This document shows positions 46,775-54,834 of a stretch of DNA of 62,980 bases, piece after piece; within the stretch, counting starts at the first letter, position 1, and the number at the start of each line of letters is the position of its first letter. A program made the translations under genes and the position numbers. Below the pieces are notes generated by a model. That model searched no databases and was not told where the DNA came from. It was given only the letters and a program-made list of their open reading frames with translations. The DNA is from an uncultured Thermofilaceae archaeon. GTDB lineage: Archaea > Thermoproteota > Thermoprotei > Thermofilales > Thermofilaceae. The stretch lies in NCBI GenBank assembly GCA_964546235.1, contig CAZJJA010000001.1, positions 1 through 62,980 of the forward strand, given 5' to 3'.

Positions 46775-47440
46775 TTAGACAGTAATCCTCTCACCAGGTT
46801 TAAGAACTATAACCTTTGTGGGTATATTTCTTTTAGAGACTTCCTGGGCAAATTCTTCGGCTTTTCCATATAAGACTGGAAATGTTCCAAAATGCATGGG
46901 TATAGCAAACCTCGGTTTAAATAATGATACAAATAGTCCAGCTTGGACCGGATCCATCGTAAAATGACCTCCTATAGGCACAAATGCATAGTCTATGGGA
47001 TAAAGCTGTGCATACAAGGCAATATCATAAAAGAGCCCTGTGTCACCCGCATGATATATTGTAGCTTCTTTCCCAATCAATATTACACCTGTAGGCGAGC
47101 CCTTTTCACTGGAATGAACCGCAGGTGTTAAGACTATCTTTATTCCCTTTACAACAGCGGGGCCCCCAATGTTCATTCCCACAGCTTCCAATCCCTTGCT
47201 TTCCATTTCTGATGCTATCTCATATATTCCTACAGTTGTAGCTCCAGTCTTTTTAGCTATATCAACCGCATCTCCAACGTGATCGCCGTGATAGTGTGTA
47301 ATGACAACTATGTCTGCTCTGTCTATATCTTCAAGAGTAATGGGAGATTGGGGATTATGTATCCAAGGGTCTACATATATTCTCTTTCCATCCAACTCTA
47401 TCTCAAATGCAGAATGTCCTAGAAAACGTATGTAACCCAT
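46775..47440 (-). CDS. Metallo-beta-lactamase-fold hydrolase (UPF0173-like)
   Basis: 221 aa with ITHYHGDHVGD. Confidence 0.75.
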   Translation of the reverse strand: MGYIRFLGHSAFEIELDGKRIYVDPWIHNPQSPITLEDIDRADIVVITHYHGDHVGDAVDIAKKTGATTVGIYEIASEMESKGLEAVGMNIGGPAVVKGIKIVLTPAVHSSEKGSPTGVILIGKEATIYHAGDTGLFYDIALYAQLYPIDYAFVPIGGHFTMDPVQAGLFVSLFKPRFAIPMHFGTFPVLYGKAEEFAQEVSKRNIPTKVIVLKPGERITV

Positions 47441-47490
47441 ACCAAAGAAATAATTGTGGCTTTATAAATAAAAACTCCTCCAGAAAAGTT

Positions 47491-48372
47491 CTATAGTCCC
47501 AGCTTTGAGAGGAGAACAGGTATTTCTGGAATCGTATGCGCCACTTGGATGCCTGCCTCCTCTAGGCTTCTGGTCTTGCTATAGTAGGATCCCATATGGC
47601 CAAAGACTATAGCGCCAGCATGACCCATTTTTTTACCCGGAGGTGCGGATTTTCCAGCAATATAGGCGACTACAGGTTTTTTCTTTTCGTCTGGAAGGGT
47701 TCTATAGAATTCTGCAAATTTTTCTTCTTTTACCCCTCCTATTTCACCGATTAGAACCACAGCCTCTGTACCTTCATCTTCTGCAAACATCATGTAAATA
47801 TCCCTGAAATCCAGCCCGACTATTGGGTCTCCCCCAATGCCTACAGCTGTAGATGTTCCAAAACCGTTTTTCATTAACACAAGTGAAACTTCATAGGTTA
47901 ATGTTCCGCTTCTCGACATTAATCCAATCTTTCCCCTTTTGAAATATTCTCCAGGCATTATGCCCACTTTAGTTTCTCCCGGCGAGATGACTCCTGGAGT
48001 ATTTGGTCCTATGATGTTTGCTTCATTACATTTAGCATAGTTTACCATCCTAAGAGTTACATGAACCGGTATGTGCTCTGTTATGATGACTATCAATTTT
48101 ATGCCTGCATCTATGGCCTCTATCACAGCATCGAATATGAATCTGGCTGGGACAAACACAATAGACGCGTTTATCTCTGGGTGCTCTCTTACTGCGTCCT
48201 CCACAAAATCGTAAACCCTTATATCATGTACTTCTGTGCCTCCTTTACCCGGGGTAACGCCTGCAACAATCTTTGTGCCATATTTTATCATCTCTTGTGT
48301 ATGTAGACGACCCTGTCTTCCTGTAATCCCCTGGACGAGAAGACGAGTATTTTTGTCAACAAGGATTGTCAT
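47491..48372 (-). CDS. sucD: Succinyl-CoA synthetase alpha subunit
   Basis: 293 aa with VQGITGRQG, SRSGTLTYE and the GHAGAIV phosphohistidine loop. Confidence 0.9.
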   Translation of the reverse strand: MTILVDKNTRLLVQGITGRQGRLHTQEMIKYGTKIVAGVTPGKGGTEVHDIRVYDFVEDAVREHPEINASIVFVPARFIFDAVIEAIDAGIKLIVIITEHIPVHVTLRMVNYAKCNEANIIGPNTPGVISPGETKVGIMPGEYFKRGKIGLMSRSGTLTYEVSLVLMKNGFGTSTAVGIGGDPIVGLDFRDIYMMFAEDEGTEAVVLIGEIGGVKEEKFAEFYRTLPDEKKKPVVAYIAGKSAPPGKKMGHAGAIVFGHMGSYYSKTRSLEEAGIQVAHTIPEIPVLLSKLGL

Positions 48373-49490
48373 TACCTTATCACCTCTTTTACAGCGTATA
48401 TAAGGTCGCTATGAGTATAAAGTCCGTGTTCCTGTAAAATTCTTCTACCTTCATCTTCGTAAAGCCCTGAAAGTCTAACAACAACTTTTATCTCTTTTCT
48501 ATCAGTTTCCTCTAAAGCTTTTACTATGCCCTTGGCGACTTCGTCGCACCGTGTTATACCTCCCAGGACGTTGACTAAAACTCTATCTATGTTTTCGAGA
48601 GAAAAGACTATTTTTAGTGCTGAGAAAACTCTCTCTGCGCTTGCACCACCTCCAAGGTCTAGAAAGATTCCAGGGTTTCCGCCATACTCTTTAACCAAAT
48701 CCATTGTAGCCATTGTTAACCCAGCTCCATTCCCGATAACGGCTATATTTCCTTCTAGCGTCACTAGGTTGAATCCCTTTTCAAAACTAGATTTTTCAAC
48801 AATACTTAGCTCGTTCAGATATCTCTCAGCAATTCCCCTTAGGAGCGGATTTTGCATTAGTGCATCATCATCGATTATAGCCTTTCTATCTACAGCAACT
48901 AATTTTTCTCCTGTATCTATTAGAGGATTTATTTCGAGAAGCGTCATATCATATAACGTAAATATGTTATATAATCCATATAACAAGTTCCTAATTTCTT
49001 CATAATTTTTTCCAAAAAATTTTGCTATTCTTCTAACCATGTATTCCCGAACCCCCTCAAATGGTTTGATAAACATTTTCAAGATCTCTGCATCATCCTT
49101 TGCAGCCTCTTCAACATCAATTCCGCCTTTAAGAGATGCAAGCAACATAATTGCCTTCTTATCTTGATCAACCATTAAGGAAAGATATAACTCACGTTTA
49201 ACGTCGACTTTTTCCGAGACTAAAACATATTCTATTCTTTTTCCCTGATAGGTGGAATCGAAAATCTCACTAATAGCCTTATCAATCTCATCCTTGTTTT
49301 TAACAAATTTTACAAGCCCCAGTTTTCCTCTTCCCCAGCCTCTGACCTGGGCTTTGACGACTAGAGGGGGGCTTAGACTTTCAAGACATAGGGCATAGTT
49401 CTTATCTTTCCTCGACACTAGACAAGATTTTTCAACCGTTATGCCAGCTTCTTCAAGCATTTCTTTTACTTCAAACTCATAGGGTATCAT
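48372..49490 (-). CDS. sucC: Succinyl-CoA synthetase beta subunit (ATP-grasp)
   Basis: 372 aa with ATP-grasp N-domain and C-terminal IGNGAGLTMATMD...GGITRCD. Start/stop coupled to sucD. Confidence 0.85.
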   Translation of the reverse strand: MIPYEFEVKEMLEEAGITVEKSCLVSRKDKNYALCLESLSPPLVVKAQVRGWGRGKLGLVKFVKNKDEIDKAISEIFDSTYQGKRIEYVLVSEKVDVKRELYLSLMVDQDKKAIMLLASLKGGIDVEEAAKDDAEILKMFIKPFEGVREYMVRRIAKFFGKNYEEIRNLLYGLYNIFTLYDMTLLEINPLIDTGEKLVAVDRKAIIDDDALMQNPLLRGIAERYLNELSIVEKSSFEKGFNLVTLEGNIAVIGNGAGLTMATMDLVKEYGGNPGIFLDLGGGASAERVFSALKIVFSLENIDRVLVNVLGGITRCDEVAKGIVKALEETDRKEIKVVVRLSGLYEDEGRRILQEHGLYTHSDLIYAVKEVIR

Positions 49491-49508
49491 TTTATCTTCA
49501 AAGAAAAA

Positions 49509-50471
49509 TTATAAGCGAAGCTTAAGACTCTTTGGTTTATAATCGGGATTTGCCTTTAAAGCAATTTTACAAAAACTACAGGTGACCCCCCGGGAAGGCA
49601 TTCCACAAACACTACATGATCGCAGTTCCTCGTTTTCCTTAGAAATAAAGCTAGAAACTATAGGACCCAGTTTTTTGTAGATACTGTTTGAAAACGCGAA
49701 CTTCGAGGATGGACTTTCTTCTTCAAGCATGTTGAGTATATGCTTCAGTCTAAGACTTCTTGCTCCTCGAGCATAAGGGCACTCTACTTTAACGAACTTA
49801 AGGTTTTTAAACATGGCATAGAGAAGTATGTCTTTTTCTCTAGTCTCTGCTAAAGGTCTTATACGTGTTATTAGTTTATCTTTTCCTTCAAGTTTTGGAG
49901 AAACTTTAGCTAAACCTTCTAGGTCGCCTAAAACTATACTCGAGAATCCTTGATAAAGCAAATCTTCTAGGTTATGTCCTGTAGCGATCGAGTCAAAACC
50001 GTTTTCGACGGCAAATCTATTGATGATATACCTCTTTATGGTCCCGCAAAGAGAACAAACCCTCCGCCACCTGGCAGCTAAATCATCTACTGTAAAACCG
50101 TATGTTTCTCCAACCTTTATAATCGTGTGTTCAACGCCAAGACGCTTGTAATGCTCATTTGCAACTTTTACATATGCTGGCGAATACGAATGAATCCCCA
50201 AATCAATTGTAAGTCCATGTATATCAAGATCATATACTTCGGATAAACGATATAGTATATCCAATAAAACTACGCTATCTTTCCCTCCACTCACAGCTAC
50301 TAGTATTCTGTCCCCTCTATTGATTAGCTTATATTTTTCGATTGTTCCCTTCACACGGTTCTCAATAAAATTTACAAAATGGTCTTTACACAACCTAAGG
50401 TTAGCATACCTTAGGTATACAGCTGCTTGTTTGTCACAAAACCTACATTTTGACGGCATGAACGACGACAC
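49509..50471 (-). CDS. PP-loop tRNA 2-thiolation enzyme (TtuA/Ncs6/TtcA family)
   Basis: PP-loop VAVSGGKDS. N- and C-terminal zinc fingers CRFCDKQA...CKDH and CSVCGMPS...CSFC. Confidence 0.75.
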   Translation of the reverse strand: MSSFMPSKCRFCDKQAAVYLRYANLRLCKDHFVNFIENRVKGTIEKYKLINRGDRILVAVSGGKDSVVLLDILYRLSEVYDLDIHGLTIDLGIHSYSPAYVKVANEHYKRLGVEHTIIKVGETYGFTVDDLAARWRRVCSLCGTIKRYIINRFAVENGFDSIATGHNLEDLLYQGFSSIVLGDLEGLAKVSPKLEGKDKLITRIRPLAETREKDILLYAMFKNLKFVKVECPYARGARSLRLKHILNMLEEESPSSKFAFSNSIYKKLGPIVSSFISKENEELRSCSVCGMPSRGVTCSFCKIALKANPDYKPKSLKLRL

Positions 50472-50724
50472 CTTTCAACGGAAAATTCTCTTTAAAAACA
50501 CGAATTATTTCCATAGCCTCTTCCTTGCTAGAAAAAGGAGATGAAAAAATCTCTAAAATACATTTTTCTGGTCTCAACATGAATATACCAACTATTTTCT
50601 TACCGTTACCTATTACATACTCATATGCATGTAACCTAGCAACAAATCCCATTTCTCTAAGCTTTATTAACATTTTAACCCTGTTCTCAGGCCGTATAAT
50701 CTCAAAGTTGCATCCATGCGTCAT
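50443..50724 (-). CDS. Hypothetical small protein upstream of the thiolation enzyme
   Basis: 93-aa ORF overlapping the next gene's start. No ubiquitin-like GG terminus. No family recognised. Confidence 0.4.
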   Translation of the reverse strand: MTHGCNFEIIRPENRVKMLIKLREMGFVARLHAYEYVIGNGKKIVGIFMLRPEKCILEIFSSPFSSKEEAMEIIRVFKENFPLKGVVVHAVKM

Positions 50725-50788
50725 ACTTTCTGTAGATGTGGATATAAAGAGATATATATTATCTTATCACCCATGCTCTGGGATACAA

Positions 50789-51022
50789 ATGGTATCGGCG
50801 GATACACTTGGAAAGTTCAGAAAAATTCTAGGACTATTCACCATAATATTAGGGGCAATAGGCATATACGAAGCCTATGAAGTTGCACTATATATATTGA
50901 ATTTAAAAACAGGAACTTTAGAGACCTACAGCTTCTCGATGACTGTCATGATATACAGCCTATTCATACTCGCTATATTATTTGTGATCTATAATCGCCT
51001 CGAAAAAAGGGCTACAAAATAA
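50789..51022 (+). CDS. Small two-TM membrane protein (trimmed from the 165-aa ORF)
   Basis: Starts MVSADTLGKFRKILGLFTIILGAIG.... The upstream part of the ORF is antisense to 50443-50724. Confidence 0.35.
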   Translation: MVSADTLGKFRKILGLFTIILGAIGIYEAYEVALYILNLKTGTLETYSFSMTVMIYSLFILAILFVIYNRLEKRATK

Positions 51023-51047
51023 CAACTTCTATATCACATCTTTTATC

Positions 51048-51566
51048 TTACCAAGGCACTTTCTTTAAACCAAGATAATATGCTCCAACATTCGTTGCAA
51101 TATGTAAAATAGGCGTTATCAAAACCAGCAAAACAAAAATCTCAACCTCAATATCGTCGAAGACCAGCCAATATAGTCCTAAAGCACCAAGCAAAAAGTC
51201 CAGCTGGTCTAGCAAGAATATAGGGTCCCCACGCTTATACCCAAGTCTACGCTTTATAAATGATCCCACCATGTCGCCAAGCAAGGCCCCTATTGACAAC
51301 ACGCTTCCTCCAAAAAGACTATGTAAACCCCATTCCTCCAGCACGGTCGCTACTACAATCCCTGCCAAGACGCCTCCAACAAAACCTTCAATCGTCTTCC
51401 CGTCACCAAGCACCCTTCTACCGTCAAAAAAATTTTTTCCAAAATCTATAGGATGCCCGTCTCCAAGAAGTCTTCCAATAACAACTGGTGCACCATTGGC
51501 TACATATGCTGGAAGTATAAAGACCAGTGCACGATAGAGGAGGCCAAACACACAGAAAACTACCAA
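51048..51566 (-). CDS. carS: CDP-archaeol synthase (CarS, DUF46)
   Basis: 172 aa membrane protein with LPAYVANGAPV and KRGDPIFLLDQLDF. Confidence 0.7.
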   Translation of the reverse strand: MVVFCVFGLLYRALVFILPAYVANGAPVVIGRLLGDGHPIDFGKNFFDGRRVLGDGKTIEGFVGGVLAGIVVATVLEEWGLHSLFGGSVLSIGALLGDMVGSFIKRRLGYKRGDPIFLLDQLDFLLGALGLYWLVFDDIEVEIFVLLVLITPILHIATNVGAYYLGLKKVPW

Positions 51567-51702
51567 GCCATAATTATATCAATTATGCTTATACTCTCCC
51601 ATCGAAAAAGACTTTTAAACGCTAAATAAAAGGAAACATATCAGATACATAGAGACAAGATTAATAAAAACATGTTAAACTTGTATCTTGATAAGCACCC
51701 AA

Positions 51703-51804
51703 GGGCCGGTAGCTCAGGCTGGGAGAGCGCCGCCCTCGCACGGCTCTAAGAAGGGGGTTCGGGAGCGGCGGAGGTCGGGGGTTCAAGTCCCCCCCGGTCC
51801 ACCA
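51703..51804 (+). tRNA. tRNA-Ala(CGC) with 25-nt intron after position 37, CCA encoded
   Basis: GGGCCGG-UA-GCUC-AGGCUGGGA-GAGC-G-CCGCC-CUCGCA[CGGCUCUAAGAAGGGGGUUCGGGAG]C-GGCGG-AGGUC-GGGGG-UUCAAGU-CCCCC-CCGGUCC-A-CCA. G3-U70 pair present. Confidence 0.85.
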
Positions 51805-51805
51805 T

Positions 51806-52606
51806 TTATCTTTTGAAAGATATTGCAAGTAGTACTGCCGTATATATGGTTATTACTAGCCAAAGCAGTGATGGTATTAGGTGCCATGGGTATAGTGGCG
51901 CTGTAAGTATTGTGAAGAGCGTTAGTATTGCATATAGTGTGAAGTATCTCCTTGTTGCTATTAAGGGATCAGAGGTTCCTGTGATTATGGAGAACACTTT
52001 TGCTGTGAAAAGCGAATAGCCTAATTCTGCGAGTATTTTTTCTGCTATGTCTAGGCCTTTTTCCGTTAACTTATAGTCGACTAGTTCTTCATCTAGTGTT
52101 TTTTTCATCACGTACTCTGTTAGTTGTGTATCGAGTATTCTTTTCACATCTTCTACTGGTAATTCTGATAAAATTGATATTTCTTTTAAGGAAAGCCATA
52201 CCGGTCTTAGTTCTTTGTAAACTCTTTTTCCTTCTTTAATTTTTAGTTCTTTTGTGCCAGCAATAGCCATTACTAGTAGGACTCTTAGCGCTTGGAAGGA
52301 TCTATAAATGTTTATGCCCTTTAAACTTAGTAGATCATTTCTTAGCGACTTGCCTTTTAGTGTTAAAATATATTCTCCTTTCCGTTTTATATCTACGAGA
52401 CCCTTTGCCTTTAATTTCTGTACAGCATCAACAATCGCTCGTCTGTTTGCTTTTATTTTATCAGATAATTCTGATATGCTTGTCGGCTTATCATCGCTCA
52501 TTTCAAGCAATATGTCCAGCTGAACATCGCTTCTAGCAAAATCGACTATTCCATCTATTCTTTTAAGCTTCCCTACTATGTTTTTGAGTTCATTCTTTTT
52601 TTCCAT
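51806..52606 (-). CDS. Membrane-anchored protein with two winged-helix (MarR-like) domains
   Basis: 266 aa. LDILLEMSDDKPTSISELSDKIKANRRAIVDAVQKLKAKGLV plus a second wHTH-like segment. Two C-terminal TM helices. Lies directly downstream of the secretion ATPase. Confidence 0.55.
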   Translation of the reverse strand: MEKKNELKNIVGKLKRIDGIVDFARSDVQLDILLEMSDDKPTSISELSDKIKANRRAIVDAVQKLKAKGLVDIKRKGEYILTLKGKSLRNDLLSLKGINIYRSFQALRVLLVMAIAGTKELKIKEGKRVYKELRPVWLSLKEISILSELPVEDVKRILDTQLTEYVMKKTLDEELVDYKLTEKGLDIAEKILAELGYSLFTAKVFSIITGTSDPLIATRRYFTLYAILTLFTILTAPLYPWHLIPSLLWLVITIYTAVLLAISFKR

Positions 52607-52625
52607 TAAATGAAACCTCTTAAAT

Positions 52626-54668
52626 TCACTTCATGTTCTTAGCAAGCTCTAACCCAGACTTTGACAACTTATATCCTAGATGGGGTTTTCCGTCCAGGTA
52701 GATTATTGTTGGGATCACGTACTTTTTGTTTACAAGAACTTTTACTGCTTGGATAAACTCTTTTTTAGGCAAGCCCGTTAACTCTTGTACCGAAATGTGA
52801 TCACCTTCTCCTCCCAGGGTGTATAATGCTTTAATTATTGCAGCCTCTTTACCATCTACTTGTAAAAATGACTGTTGAACGTTTCCGTATTTCTCCTTTT
52901 TTTCTTTCTCAGTTTTGAGTGGTATTTCAATACTTGCAGAATTTCCAATTTTATGCTTTTTCTCTGTTGAAATTTTTGTTTCTTTTTTCACTATAGGTAT
53001 ACTGGGTGCAACAGTGACGGAAATTTTTGGTTTCAATTTTATTGGTGGCGGCAATGCATTATTTTCTCTTAGATCACTATAGGCTTGTCTAAATGTCTCT
53101 TCCGGATTCATATAATATCTATTTATGTTCTTAAATACCTCCATTGTTTCTTTGATGCCTTTATACCGCATCCATTCAAGAAAGATTCGTCGACGGGCTA
53201 TTTCTTCATATATTTCTTCAACGGTTTTTCCTAGCCTTTGTGCCAAATATTTGATATGATAGCTTTCTGCTACTATTTGGTGACGATCGGTTGCAGGATC
53301 CCATCTAACTATCTCTCTGTATTTTTCATAATCCTCTATTTCCCAGACATATCTCACTCTTCTCGCAAATTTCCCTGTGGGAAGAATTGTTCTCTCTGAT
53401 AAAAGCGCTAAGTTTAGTGAAGGAATATATGCTGGTGATACATTCATGGGGGGGCTTATCAGCCTCTTTATAGCCCGTTCTAGGGAGTCCGCGTGCATTG
53501 TGGACATTCCTCCGTGTCCTGTACTCATTGCTTGGAAGAGAACAAATGCTTCTTCGCCTCTAACTTCTCCGACAATTATATAGTCGGGCCTATATCTAAG
53601 AGAAACCTTTACCAGGTCATAGAGAGTTATCTCTCCGGCTTTTGTTTCGCCAAGTCCATAGCTCTCTCTGCTCACTAGTTGAACCCAGTTTTCGTGAGGC
53701 AGGTTTAGCTCTGGTGTTTCTTCGATCGTGACTATCTTAAATCCAGGTTTAAAGAAATTAGCAATCGCATTAAGTAAGGTTGTTTTTCCAGCAGCTGTTG
53801 CACCTATAACCATTAGTGTCATTCTATTTTGTACTAAAAACCAAAGATAGGCTGCTGTCCATGAGTCCAGGTTTCCCATGTCGATTAAATCTATAATTGA
53901 AAATGGTTTTTCTCTGAACTTTCTAATAGTAAATGTACTTCCTTTTGGAGAAACCTCTTCTCCAAAGGTTGCTGCAAGCCTATGACGTCCAGGAAGCATT
54001 GCGTCTACAATCGGAAATGCCGCGGAGATGTGTTTTCCAGACATGTGAGCAAGCTTAACTATGAATTCCCTAAGATACTCCCTGTCTCTAAATACAATAT
54101 TTGTTGGTATGCTCTCATAGTCTCTGTGCCAGACATGTATTGCTCTATCTACGCCGTCACAGCTTATGTCTTCTAGCTTGTAGTCCCTCATGAGTACTTC
54201 TATTGGACCATATCCTAGAAGGTCTCTCTCGATATAATATAGGATTTTGTCCCAGCTCTCATCGCTTATTCCTCTTATAGATTTTCTGTACTTGTTTGCA
54301 AGCCTTCTAGCCTCCTCTATCACGTGTTTTCTTAATTCAACCTCAAACGACTCAGGGGGTTCGAGTTCGACGCTTAAAATATCTATGAGTTTGTCTACCG
54401 CTTTTCTTTCTTCAGGTGTTAGTTGTACTTCTTCTACAAAGTATACCCGTTGGTTTCCCATCTCGGGGATCTCGGCTATAATAACTTTTGCATAAGGTTC
54501 GGTAACCCAGTATTCTTCAACTATCTTGTAATGTTCTTGTAATGGAAGATACGTTATCGCTTCTTTCTTTTCTTCATCCTTTTCTTTCTTTTTTTTCTTT
54601 TTTCTTTTATTTTCTTCTTTATTTTTCACCTTTTTGTCTTTTTTAACCTTCTTAGGTATAAAAGGCAA
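52626..54668 (-). CDS. Type II/IV secretion-system ATPase (FlaI/ArlI/PilB-like) with Lys-rich N-tail and C-terminal winged-helix-like extension
   Basis: 680 aa with Walker A GATAAGKTTLLNA, Walker B/Asp box DYIIVGEVRGEEA and His box STGHGGMSTMHA. N-terminus is KKVKKDKKVKNKEENKRKKKKKKEKDEEKKE. Confidence 0.85.
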   Translation of the reverse strand: MPFIPKKVKKDKKVKNKEENKRKKKKKKEKDEEKKEAITYLPLQEHYKIVEEYWVTEPYAKVIIAEIPEMGNQRVYFVEEVQLTPEERKAVDKLIDILSVELEPPESFEVELRKHVIEEARRLANKYRKSIRGISDESWDKILYYIERDLLGYGPIEVLMRDYKLEDISCDGVDRAIHVWHRDYESIPTNIVFRDREYLREFIVKLAHMSGKHISAAFPIVDAMLPGRHRLAATFGEEVSPKGSTFTIRKFREKPFSIIDLIDMGNLDSWTAAYLWFLVQNRMTLMVIGATAAGKTTLLNAIANFFKPGFKIVTIEETPELNLPHENWVQLVSRESYGLGETKAGEITLYDLVKVSLRYRPDYIIVGEVRGEEAFVLFQAMSTGHGGMSTMHADSLERAIKRLISPPMNVSPAYIPSLNLALLSERTILPTGKFARRVRYVWEIEDYEKYREIVRWDPATDRHQIVAESYHIKYLAQRLGKTVEEIYEEIARRRIFLEWMRYKGIKETMEVFKNINRYYMNPEETFRQAYSDLRENNALPPPIKLKPKISVTVAPSIPIVKKETKISTEKKHKIGNSASIEIPLKTEKEKKEKYGNVQQSFLQVDGKEAAIIKALYTLGGEGDHISVQELTGLPKKEFIQAVKVLVNKKYVIPTIIYLDGKPHLGYKLSKSGLELAKNMK

Positions 54669-54834
54669 TAACTTCCCCTGTTATATAACATAATATATTA
54701 TATTTGATATTTTTATCGTGTTTAATGAAGTATATACAGCATTGATTTACCTAAACAAAAATTTTGACCAATTTTAATATTTAAATATTTATTCTAAAAT
54801 ACTAAGATAAAAAAATATTCAAATTCAAATTAAT

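Noticed and set aside
54550-54660. Long polypyrimidine/low-complexity tract as a repeat element or regulatory repeat
   Set aside because: It is in frame within the ATPase ORF and encodes the Lys/Glu-rich N-terminal tail. There is no periodic unit or spacer structure. It is noted under the ATPase finding instead.
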